This document shows, piece after piece, positions 17,907-26,001 of a DNA stretch of 29,241 bases (position 1 is the stretch's first letter; each line of letters starts with the position of its first letter). Both the position numbers and the translations under genes were made by a program. The stretch comes from a virus (taxonomy: Duplodnaviria > Caudoviricetes): IMG/VR virus record IMGVR_UViG_3300006164_001599, positions 1 to 29,241 of that record. The stretch is one strand, 5' to 3'. Below the pieces are notes generated by a model that did not search any database, had not been told where the DNA came from, and saw nothing but the letters and a program-made list of their open reading frames with translations.

Positions 17907-18802
17907 CAAAAACTATAAGTAGGCTTACCTTGGAACATATGCAGAAGGGCAATTTATTGCTAGGGCAATGTCTAAGCGCAGTTGGTTGGGTTGGTGGTAC
18001 TATACCTGAAGTTCCTGATCACCCCAACCTTGTGGAACTGTCAATGTCAGATGTAGCTGGGGGAGGTATCGCTACAGGAGCCGCCTTATTTGGGAGTAAA
18101 CCTATATATGTTGTTAGGTATCAAGGATTCTTATGGTATAACTTGATTTCCGTAGTTAACTACGCTGCTAAAAGCAAGGAGATATGGGGGGTTCCTTGCC
18201 CCATTATAGTTAGAGCTATTTCTATGGAAGGGGGTATAGGTCCAGTAGCTGGGTCCTCACATATCTCTTTAGCTTACAAAATGCCCGGAGTTTCTATATC
18301 ATGCCCTAGGACTCCTAAAGAATATGAGGAAGTGTGGGCTCATGCTGTATTAGGGGACGATCCTTACATTATATCAGAACATAGATCTAGCTTTCTAACT
18401 GAGAAAGAGGAAAATTATAAAGTTTTTGACGATCCAGATGTAGTTTTGTTGCCAATCTCTGTACCTAGAGGAGAAATTAATAAAGCTATAGCTACTATTG
18501 GAAGCAAGCTTAAAGTAAGCGTTAACCCAATAGTATACCTTAAGCCTTTTCTACACTTTGATACCGTTGTAGAGGTAATAAAGAAATCAAAATTTGGAGC
18601 AATTGTTATAGATGATGACTACACTAACGGTATAGCCAAGTCTGTAGCTTACGACTTAATGGTAGAGTCCGGAAAACCTGTCAAGGTCATGGGACTTAAG
18701 GATAGGTCAGCAGGGTTCTCTAAAGATACGGATAACCTGCCCCCAAGTGAGGGGGAGATACTAAAAGAAATAGAGGAAGTAACCTTATGCAAGATTTATT
18801 AA
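17891..18802 (+). CDS. TPP-dependent dehydrogenase E1 beta/transketolase C-like subunit
   Basis: ATGAALFGSKPI, VNYAAK, CPIIVR, GPVAGSSH, DDPYIISEHR. Directly follows the alpha subunit. Confidence 0.85.
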   Translation: MGHSLAKTISRLTLEHMQKGNLLLGQCLSAVGWVGGTIPEVPDHPNLVELSMSDVAGGGIATGAALFGSKPIYVVRYQGFLWYNLISVVNYAAKSKEIWGVPCPIIVRAISMEGGIGPVAGSSHISLAYKMPGVSISCPRTPKEYEEVWAHAVLGDDPYIISEHRSSFLTEKEENYKVFDDPDVVLLPISVPRGEINKAIATIGSKLKVSVNPIVYLKPFLHFDTVVEVIKKSKFGAIVIDDDYTNGIAKSVAYDLMVESGKPVKVMGLKDRSAGFSKDTDNLPPSEGEILKEIEEVTLCKIY

Positions 18803-19701
18803 TAGTTTTCAATACCTATGGAACTAAAGACAACCATACACATTACGAAAGATGTATACAATCTATTCTAGATTGTGATCTCCCAGAGGGCACTAAAATT
18901 GCCGTATCTTCTTGTAACAATTCTAAGATATGCAGAGAGTATCTAAAGTTCATTTTCAAGGACAAAATTATTATTTCTGAGATAAATATTGCTTTGCCTG
19001 TTAATATAACTTTCAACTTAACTGTCAAGAGATGTGTAAAAATGTTCGGTGAGTTTAAGAATTATTTGTATGTAGACTCTGGTGTGGATTTCTTATCGAA
19101 TGAGGGGGCTATTAAAGAGGCTGTTGAGGCTATGAACTCTAACAAGTACGCTATGCTAAGTTTTCAAATTTGCAATGATAACGCATTGTATAATGTAGGA
19201 ATACATAACCCTCCACTACTAGGACAAAACCATGAAGTTCCTGTAGGCACAGCGTGTAATGGACATGCTGAGATGTTTTCTAATGATATTTTCAAGAGGT
19301 TTAATGGGTTGCTAATGCCCGATGTATTTGCAGCGTGTTGTACCGAGTCTACATTCTCTTTTGTATCAGCATCTGTTGGTAAGAGATGGGTTATACTAAA
19401 AGACTACTTACTTAATCATGCTAAAGGTGTTGATGGTGCATCATCCTGTGTACCTCATGTATCCCCTGTACACCACAATACATGGAACAACTTATTATTT
19501 GGCCGTAATGCAGAGGAATTTATTAATGACACTGAAGCTTTAGTAGCCGGGCTTGGATACGAGGAGTGTAATTCTATAATGATCCATGACAATAATGCTT
19601 ATACTGTAGACGGACTTCCTAAAAATAAGGAGAGGTTATCTTTAGTAGTAGAAAAGTACTTCTATTCTACCAAAGAGGAGCTTAATTATGAAAATTTATA
19701 A
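18787..19701 (+). CDS. Hypothetical protein, probable divergent GT-A glycosyltransferase
   Basis: LLIVFNTY start, CIQSIL, TFNLTVK, YLYVDSGVDF at the usual DxD position, and island context. Confidence 0.5.
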   Translation: MQDLLIVFNTYGTKDNHTHYERCIQSILDCDLPEGTKIAVSSCNNSKICREYLKFIFKDKIIISEINIALPVNITFNLTVKRCVKMFGEFKNYLYVDSGVDFLSNEGAIKEAVEAMNSNKYAMLSFQICNDNALYNVGIHNPPLLGQNHEVPVGTACNGHAEMFSNDIFKRFNGLLMPDVFAACCTESTFSFVSASVGKRWVILKDYLLNHAKGVDGASSCVPHVSPVHHNTWNNLLFGRNAEEFINDTEALVAGLGYEECNSIMIHDNNAYTVDGLPKNKERLSLVVEKYFYSTKEELNYENL

Positions 19702-20614
19702 GTATCCAACAGCTATCCCTCATGTTCACGATTCTGATGTAGATTATTACAACGTAATACCTTTCTCTGAGAAAGGTTTAAAGGAGGAGTGTACGTTAGT
19801 TAGTAATCCCGAGGACGCAGATTACTACTATATGGGGCAATGGTCACACGATTATAAACTTTTCAATATAAATGATTTTAAGTATTTTTCTTCCTGTCCG
19901 GAGAAGCATATTATAGATTTAGAGGGTGACGGAGGATTTGATATACCTTCCTTTTTATGGAATTCTATTATAACTGTGAATGGACCTCTTAAGGAGTACG
20001 ACTCCAAAATAAGGAATCTTTTTGTTAGACCCACATTTTCCAAGTTATTTGTAAACATATGTAAAAATAGATTTGAAGATTTGAAATACTGCCTAGACAG
20101 GTCCTTTGGGTTTAGAGGTTATATAAATTGTAATACTAGGTACAATATGTTTAACAACTTGATACAAAAAAACAATGGTACTGTAAAAGTTGACCTTATT
20201 TCTAACAACCATTGGAACGGCCCTTCTTTAGTTGGGTCTAAGATACAAGAAGAGTACTTAGAGGATTTAAAAAAATATGCTTTTTCCTTATGCCCAAGAG
20301 GGTCCGGAACAGATAGTGTACGTCTCCTTGAATCCTGTTACTATGGAAGAGTACCTGTGCTAATATCAGACGTAGATTACTTACTAGTAGACCATAAGTA
20401 CTCAGACTCCTCTTTTATTAGAAGAATTATTTGGGACGGAAAAACTGATTTAGCCCCAATCCTAAAAGAGCTTACTAATATTGAGGATTGCATAATTAAG
20501 GAAGACCAAACAAAGGCAAGGTACTATTTTGATAATACCCTTAGGAAGTATATGGACAACCCAACTAAGTATATGCTAAACTGGATGGAAAAGCAAGGAT
20601 TAGTAAATGAATAA
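19688..20614 (+). CDS. Exostosin-like (GT47) glycosyltransferase
   Basis: NPEDADYYY, FGFRG, FSLCPRGSGTDSVRLLESCYYGRVPVLISD. Confidence 0.82.
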   Translation: MKIYKYPTAIPHVHDSDVDYYNVIPFSEKGLKEECTLVSNPEDADYYYMGQWSHDYKLFNINDFKYFSSCPEKHIIDLEGDGGFDIPSFLWNSIITVNGPLKEYDSKIRNLFVRPTFSKLFVNICKNRFEDLKYCLDRSFGFRGYINCNTRYNMFNNLIQKNNGTVKVDLISNNHWNGPSLVGSKIQEEYLEDLKKYAFSLCPRGSGTDSVRLLESCYYGRVPVLISDVDYLLVDHKYSDSSFIRRIIWDGKTDLAPILKELTNIEDCIIKEDQTKARYYFDNTLRKYMDNPTKYMLNWMEKQGLVNE

Positions 20615-21119
20615 ATTTCCCAATACGATAGAAGTAACAACCCTTCCTAAGTATGAGGATAATAGAGGATTCCTTTCTACTCTCGGAAAAGATGTACCCG
20701 GAAGTTTCAAAGAAGATAGGTACTCAGTATCTACTAAAAATGTTCTTCGTGGACTGCACGGGGACGCAGTTACCAATAAGCTAATTGTTGTTCTCCAGGG
20801 AACAGTTGAATTTTTTGCGACTCCATATTTTAAGGAAAATCCTAATTTTGGAGAAAAGACTTTCCTTACTCTGTCTGGAAAAACGCCCCAAGCTATCTAT
20901 CTACCGAAAGGTTACTTAAACGGACATTTATGTCTTTCTGAAGAATGTGTGTTCTTTTACAAGTGGTCACACTATTATAATGGAGCAGACGCACAAGTTA
21001 GTGTTAGGTACGATGATGAAGATCTAAATATACCTTGGTCTATAGACAACCCTATACTCTCTACTAGAGATAATAAGTATGGGACTACATTTAATGAGCT
21101 AGTTAGCTTTGCCGAATAA
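20607..21119 (+). CDS. rmlC: NDP-4-keto-6-deoxyhexose 3,5-epimerase (RmlC family)
   Basis: YEDNRGF, KNVLRGLH, YLPKGYLNGH, FFYK, YDDEDLNIPW, ILSTRD. Confidence 0.9.
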   Translation: MNKFPNTIEVTTLPKYEDNRGFLSTLGKDVPGSFKEDRYSVSTKNVLRGLHGDAVTNKLIVVLQGTVEFFATPYFKENPNFGEKTFLTLSGKTPQAIYLPKGYLNGHLCLSEECVFFYKWSHYYNGADAQVSVRYDDEDLNIPWSIDNPILSTRDNKYGTTFNELVSFAE

Positions 21120-21120
21120 T

Positions 21121-22302
21121 ATGAGTAAGTTTATTTTACCCCTTATGGAGGATAATATTGACAAGGGGGATATTCAAGAGGTCATTGATTTTCTTAGTCA
21201 GGAAGAGATTCCTAAGTTAACTAATGGACCTAAGGTAGTTGAGTTTGAAGAGAAGTGGTCAGAGTGGGTAGGAGTAAAGCATAGCTTATTTGTAAACTCT
21301 GGATCTGCTGCCAATGAGCTTACTATGTTAGCTTTAGCTTACCTAGAAGGAGAGGGTGAAATAATACTCCCTCCTCTAACTTGGATTTCCGATATAGCAT
21401 CTGTGAAGTTCGCTGGGTTTACCCCAGTATTCTGCGATATCAACCTAAATAATCTTAGTTTTGATATTGATCAACTGAAGACCAAGATTACACCTAAAAC
21501 TAAAGCTATATTTTTAACGCATGTATTAGGGTTTAATGGTATTAGTGACGAGCTATTAGAGCTATGTGATGATAATAATATTATTCTTATTGAAGATGTT
21601 TGTGAGTCTCATGGTGCTACCTTCAAAGGAAAGAAAGCTGGATCCCTTGGCTTTGCCTCTAACTTTAGTTTCTACTACGCACATCATATGACAACTATCG
21701 AGGGCGGCATGATTTGTACTGATGATAACAAGTTCTATCAAGTTTGCAGGGCATTAAGATCTCACGGTATGGTACGGGAAATGACAGACAAGAGATTACA
21801 AGACTCTATATTTAAAGAAAATCCAGAGGTCAACAGTGATTTCTTATTTTTAGCACCCTCCCATAACTTTAGAAGTACTGAGATTAATGCAGTCATTGGA
21901 TTGTCCCAAATAAAGAAACTTGATGCTAATGTTTCTAAAAGAGCGGATAACTTTGAGTACTTTATGAGTAACTTAGACTCAACTCACTACATGACCTCCT
22001 TCGACATGGAAGGACAAAGTAACTATGCCTTCGTAGTTGTCTTAAAAGATGCTAATATGCACAAAAGGGACTTGTTAGAGAGTCTTCTGACAGAGAAGCG
22101 CATTGAGTTCCGTAGAGGCTTGTCAGGCGGGGGAAATCAACTAAAACAGCCCTTTTTTAAAGACACTTACAACGATTCTGATTTCGTAGTTGTGAATTAC
22201 ATTCATGACTATTCTTGGTATATTGGTAACTACCCATCCTTAGAAAGAGACACTTTAGATTTTCTTCTAACCACACTAAACACTGCTTTTGAAGCACAAT
22301 AA
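21121..22302 (+). CDS. DegT/DnrJ/EryC1/StrS-fold PLP enzyme, His-type: ColD-like NDP-4-keto-6-deoxyhexose 3-dehydratase
   Basis: FVNSGSAAN, LTHVLG, IEDVCESHGA, FSFYYAHHMTTIEGGM (His at the catalytic Lys position), RSHG, YIGN. Start placed at ATG 21121. Confidence 0.85.
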   Translation: MSKFILPLMEDNIDKGDIQEVIDFLSQEEIPKLTNGPKVVEFEEKWSEWVGVKHSLFVNSGSAANELTMLALAYLEGEGEIILPPLTWISDIASVKFAGFTPVFCDINLNNLSFDIDQLKTKITPKTKAIFLTHVLGFNGISDELLELCDDNNIILIEDVCESHGATFKGKKAGSLGFASNFSFYYAHHMTTIEGGMICTDDNKFYQVCRALRSHGMVREMTDKRLQDSIFKENPEVNSDFLFLAPSHNFRSTEINAVIGLSQIKKLDANVSKRADNFEYFMSNLDSTHYMTSFDMEGQSNYAFVVVLKDANMHKRDLLESLLTEKRIEFRRGLSGGGNQLKQPFFKDTYNDSDFVVVNYIHDYSWYIGNYPSLERDTLDFLLTTLNTAFEAQ

Positions 22303-22303
22303 T

Positions 22304-23245
22304 ATGAGAAACATTTTAATTACAGGAGGAGCAGGATACCTCGGCTCCGTTTTTGTTAAGAATATCATGGCCCAAGAGTGGGCTAAAGTTACGGTAGTAG
22401 ACATTCTTAAGTTTGGACAAACTCCATTAACAGAATACTGTTGTAGGGATAACTTCAACTTCATTCTAGGGGATGTTACTAATCAAGAACTAATGCTTCC
22501 TCTTATTCAGGAGGCAGATGTTATTGTACCCTTCGCTGCTATAGTAGGATTTCCTGCTTGTGATGCAGATAGAGATGGGGCTACCAAGATTAATTACGAG
22601 CATGTCAAATTTATCTGTGATAACAAAAGAGAAGATACGAAAGTAATTTACCCTAACTCCAATAGTGGTTATGGGGTTGGAGAGAAAGATGTTTTCTGCA
22701 CAGAGGAAACTCCTCTAAACCCTATTAGCCATTATGGGGTTACTAAGTGTTTAGCTGAGAAAGAAGTAATCCGAGCAGGAGGAGTAGTGTTTAGATTAGC
22801 TACAGTTTTTGGAGTGTCTCCTCGTATGAGAATTGATCTCCTAGTAAATGATTTTACTTACAAGGCTTATAACGATGGTTATATCGTACTGTTTGAGCAT
22901 GAGTTCAAGAGGAATTATATTCATGTCCAAGATGTAACTAATGCATTCCTTCATGGTATCGAGAACTATGAGTTAATGGGAGGAGAGCTTTATAATGTTG
23001 GGTTGTCTAATGCTAACTTAAATAAGAAGCAACTCTGCGAGGTTATAAAAACATTAGTTCCTAACTTTTCAATAAACTTTGATGATATCAATACTGATCC
23101 TGATAAAAGGGATTATATAGTTTCTAACGAAAAATTAGAGGCTACGGGTTGGTCCCCTAAGGTTTCTCTTGTAGATGGGGTTAGAGAGCTACTAAAAGCT
23201 TATCCTATTCTTGAAAAGCAGTTAAAAACATACACTAACGTATAA
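22304..23245 (+). CDS. NAD-dependent sugar epimerase/dehydratase/reductase (extended SDR)
   Basis: ITGGAGYLG, AAIVGFPAC, YGVTK (YxxxK), RLATVFGVSPRMRIDLLVN, RNYIHVQD. Start placed at ATG 22304. Confidence 0.9.
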   Translation: MRNILITGGAGYLGSVFVKNIMAQEWAKVTVVDILKFGQTPLTEYCCRDNFNFILGDVTNQELMLPLIQEADVIVPFAAIVGFPACDADRDGATKINYEHVKFICDNKREDTKVIYPNSNSGYGVGEKDVFCTEETPLNPISHYGVTKCLAEKEVIRAGGVVFRLATVFGVSPRMRIDLLVNDFTYKAYNDGYIVLFEHEFKRNYIHVQDVTNAFLHGIENYELMGGELYNVGLSNANLNKKQLCEVIKTLVPNFSINFDDINTDPDKRDYIVSNEKLEATGWSPKVSLVDGVRELLKAYPILEKQLKTYTNV

Positions 23246-23589
23246 TGGAAAATTTAAGTTTAAGTGAGTATCAAAACCAAGCTATGAGAACAGCTATTTA
23301 CCCCTTACCTGATGGTGATGGGTTCCCTGTCTATCCTATTTTAGGTTTAGTGGGTGAAGCTGGAGAAGTAGCTGAAAAGGTAAAGAAGTTAATTCGTGAT
23401 AAAGATGGAAACGCAGACAAAGACGATTTATTTGAAATCGCTAAAGAGCTTGGTGATGTACTTTGGTATGTAGCTGCTATAGCTAGACACACAGGATACG
23501 CCTTAGAAGATATAGCCAAAATGAATTTAAAAAAACTAGCCTCTCGACAAGAAAGAGGTAAGTTAGGTGGGAGTGGGGATAATCGCTAA
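23245..23589 (+). CDS. mazG: MazG-like nucleoside triphosphate pyrophosphohydrolase
   Basis: LGLVGEAGEVAEKVKK, KELGDVLWY, NLKKLASRQERGKLGGSGDNR. Confidence 0.9.
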   Translation: MENLSLSEYQNQAMRTAIYPLPDGDGFPVYPILGLVGEAGEVAEKVKKLIRDKDGNADKDDLFEIAKELGDVLWYVAAIARHTGYALEDIAKMNLKKLASRQERGKLGGSGDNR

Positions 23590-23780
23590 TGCCTACCTAT
23601 ATATATGAATGTAATAAGTGCGAAGAGATTTTTGAATTATTTCAGAGTATGACAGAGAATATGGAAATGCCTCCTACACATTGCCCTACCTGTGATCCTG
23701 AAATGTTAGAAAAGGGTACAATGTCAAAACACTTCGGATACCTAAGACCAGGAATACCTAGACCTAAGCTTCAAGACTGA
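23589..23780 (+). CDS. FmdB-family zinc-ribbon protein
   Basis: MPTYIYECNKCEEIFELFQSM...HCPTC. Confidence 0.85.
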   Translation: MPTYIYECNKCEEIFELFQSMTENMEMPPTHCPTCDPEMLEKGTMSKHFGYLRPGIPRPKLQD

Positions 23781-23835
23781 AGATATAAACACGGATTGTG
23801 GTAGCGGTTTTATTGCTTAAATCCACCCCTTACCA

Positions 23836-23850
23836 GTATCATACGTTATG
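23836..23850 (+). promoter_or_regulatory. Putative -10 element 5 nt before ATG (leaderless)
   Basis: G-TATCAT(23837-23842)-ACGTT-ATG(23848). A -35-like TTGCTT lies at 23813-23818 (18-nt spacer). Confidence 0.55.
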
Positions 23851-24390
23851 AGCAAACTACTACTTTGGTGTGATACTGAAACCACAGGACTAGACCCTGT
23901 AACTGATGATATGTTAGAAGTGGCATTTATTGTTACAGAAGATCTACAAATAGTCGATGAGATTTCATTTGTAATTAAGAAACCTGACATTCAATTCCTT
24001 AAAGATAAGTGTATACCTAAAGTGTACGAAATGCATAATCAAAATAGTTTATGGCTTGATCTTGAGTCTGCTAAATTTCTTATGCCTGAGGTTGAAGAAA
24101 AATGTATCTCTTTTATTGAAAAGTACTTTGATATTTATGTAAATGATAGTTATAATGCTCCTGTACTAGCGGGAAGTAACCCTATCTTTGATAAGAATTT
24201 CCTACGTCAAAATATGCCTACTCTTTATGAACTACTCCATTACCGTACTTTTGATTTAAATGCGGTTTATATGTTCATGGACTTTAAGAAAGATAATACA
24301 ACTCCAAGAAATCATAGGGCACTATCAGATATTTATGCTGATATTTTAGCAGCCAACACTATGAAGGAAAGTGTACTAGTAACTGTGTAA
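23848..24390 (+). CDS. orn: Oligoribonuclease-like DEDDh 3'-5' exonuclease
   Basis: LLWCDTETTGLDP, EVAFIVT, MH, LAGSNPIFDKNFL, MPTL...LHYRTFD, HRALSDI. Confidence 0.82.
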   Translation: MSKLLLWCDTETTGLDPVTDDMLEVAFIVTEDLQIVDEISFVIKKPDIQFLKDKCIPKVYEMHNQNSLWLDLESAKFLMPEVEEKCISFIEKYFDIYVNDSYNAPVLAGSNPIFDKNFLRQNMPTLYELLHYRTFDLNAVYMFMDFKKDNTTPRNHRALSDIYADILAANTMKESVLVTV

Positions 24391-24416
24391 ACTTTATATT
24401 AAACGAGACATTTAAA

Positions 24417-24632
24417 ATGACTAATAAAATAACTTACTCCTATAAGAGTATGGGATATCCCGAACTTCTTACCATATTTTTTATTGGTCTTAAATTAACT
24501 GGATATATTACATGGTCTTGGTGGTGGGTTTTTAGTCCTCTGTGGATTATTTCTTTACTTAGTATAAGTATTATTGCAATTATAGTTCTTTTTGTATGGT
24601 TTGATAAAGCAATGAATTTCTTGGATGACTAG
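24417..24632 (+). CDS. Small Trp-rich phage membrane protein
   Basis: LLTIFFIGLKLTGYITWSWWWVFSPLWI followed by a second hydrophobic helix. Confidence 0.75.
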   Translation: MTNKITYSYKSMGYPELLTIFFIGLKLTGYITWSWWWVFSPLWIISLLSISIIAIIVLFVWFDKAMNFLDD

Positions 24633-24984
24633 TGTGATTAAGACTCCCTCTGAAAATATCATAAAGATAGCAAAGAGGGAGTCAGAAAAAAGTAAAGCGA
24701 AGTTCTGTCATGGCGCAGTAATCTTCCGTGGATCTAAGAGGATCGTGTCAAAAGGATATAATGTCCATAAGACCGATCCTCTCTTTGGTTCAGGCGATTA
24801 CAAAATGTTACACTCCGAGGGTGCGGCTATTAAGGATGCAGTTAGGAGAAGAATATGTCTTAAGGGTGCTTCTATCTACGTTTATAGGAGGTATGGAATG
24901 TACTCTAAACCCTGTGAATGTTGCTCTAAACTAATACAGAAATACGGCATCAAAGAGGTGATGTATAGCGATATTCTAGTATAA
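24625..24984 (+). CDS. Zinc-dependent cytidine/deoxycytidylate deaminase-family protein
   Basis: HGAVI, SKGYN, HSE (HxE), SKPCECC (PCxxC), GIKEVMYS. Confidence 0.85.
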   Translation: MTSVIKTPSENIIKIAKRESEKSKAKFCHGAVIFRGSKRIVSKGYNVHKTDPLFGSGDYKMLHSEGAAIKDAVRRRICLKGASIYVYRRYGMYSKPCECCSKLIQKYGIKEVMYSDILV

Positions 24985-24993
24985 TAAGATATG
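24979..24993 (+). promoter_or_regulatory. Putative -10 element 5 nt before ATG (leaderless)
   Basis: G-TATAAT(24980-24985)-AAGAT-ATG(24991). Confidence 0.65.
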
Positions 24994-25995
24994 AATATTG
25001 ACGTACTAAACAAACTAAAAAACGCTGGATTATTATCCGAACAACCTGCAAATCTTGGATTCGTAGGTACTGGATCTTTCGCGCTAAATAAAATTATTTC
25101 TGGAAACTATACAGATGGAATCCCTATTGGTGGGATCACACAATTCAAAGGTGAGAATAGTTCTGCTAAAACTGTATTCTGTACCCACATCTTAAAGGAT
25201 GCTCAAGCCAAGGGATACTACGCTATACTTATTGATAGTGAAAACTCCTATAGTCCGGAGTTTGCTAAGAGCCTGGGTATTGATCCTGAGAAGCTAGTTT
25301 ACGCTAACCCCGATACTCTTGAAGACTGTTTCCAGACTATTGAAAGCCTTATTAACGATATTCGTGCAGTAGACAAGAAGACTCCTATTGTAGTGGCTTA
25401 TGATAGTATTGCTGTGTCTCCCTCTAAGAAGGAGTTTGAGGCAGTAAATTATGACAGTGATAACATGGTAGGAGCGCACCGCGCTAAGATTACGGGTGCT
25501 GCCCTTAGAAAGATTAACGGGATGCTTAGAGATAATCTAGTAGCGTTTGTTATTGTAAACCAGATCAGAAGCAAGGTGGGAGTAATGTTCGGAAGTCCCG
25601 ATACTATTGCTGCTGGTGGTAAGTCATTAGAGTTTTACTTAAGCGTGGATATGAAAACTATCTCTAATAAGACTGGTGACTTGCTTAAAGATGATAACAA
25701 GAAAGTATATGGTGTAAAAGGTAGACTACGTAATACTAAGAACAAGGTAACACTTCCATACCAAGACTGTGAATTCGAGCTTTTATTCAATAAAGGCTTA
25801 AGCGAGTTTTACGGGTTATGTGATGTAATGATGAAAGAGGGATTAATCGCTACTCCCTCTAAAGGATGGAGACAGGTAGTAGGTACAGAATCCAAGTTCC
25901 GTGAAAAAGAATTTCAAGATATTATAGAGAGTGGTGACAATCCTGATTTTGATGATATCCGAGTTCTCCTAGGCTTGACTGTAAAATCTAAGTAA
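24991..25995 (+). CDS. recA: RecA/UvsX recombinase
   Basis: TGSFALN, GIPIGGITQFKGENSSAKT, LIDSEN, LGIDP, AYDSIA, IVNQIRSKVGVMFGSP, GGKSLEFY, KNKVTLPY. Confidence 0.93.
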   Translation: MNIDVLNKLKNAGLLSEQPANLGFVGTGSFALNKIISGNYTDGIPIGGITQFKGENSSAKTVFCTHILKDAQAKGYYAILIDSENSYSPEFAKSLGIDPEKLVYANPDTLEDCFQTIESLINDIRAVDKKTPIVVAYDSIAVSPSKKEFEAVNYDSDNMVGAHRAKITGAALRKINGMLRDNLVAFVIVNQIRSKVGVMFGSPDTIAAGGKSLEFYLSVDMKTISNKTGDLLKDDNKKVYGVKGRLRNTKNKVTLPYQDCEFELLFNKGLSEFYGLCDVMMKEGLIATPSKGWRQVVGTESKFREKEFQDIIESGDNPDFDDIRVLLGLTVKSK

Positions 25996-26001
25996 GCCCC
26001 T

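Noticed and set aside
17115-18802. Pyruvate dehydrogenase as a central-metabolism auxiliary gene
   Set aside because: No E2/E3 in the window, a short divergent alpha subunit, and a position inside a sugar-modification cluster.
21121-22302. Sugar aminotransferase (PerA/DegT)
   Set aside because: The catalytic Lys position is His.
23240-23247. GTATAATG before mazG as another promoter copy
   Set aside because: It is simply Val-stop overlapping ATG (GTA TAA TG) and lacks the 5-nt spacing.
23735-23820. Frameshifted extension of the second FmdB gene (another frame reads ...DCGSGFIA) and an imperfect ATACCTA(A)GACC duplication
   Set aside because: The similarity to the FmdB tail is only four residues and there is no clear slippery site, so it cannot be supported.
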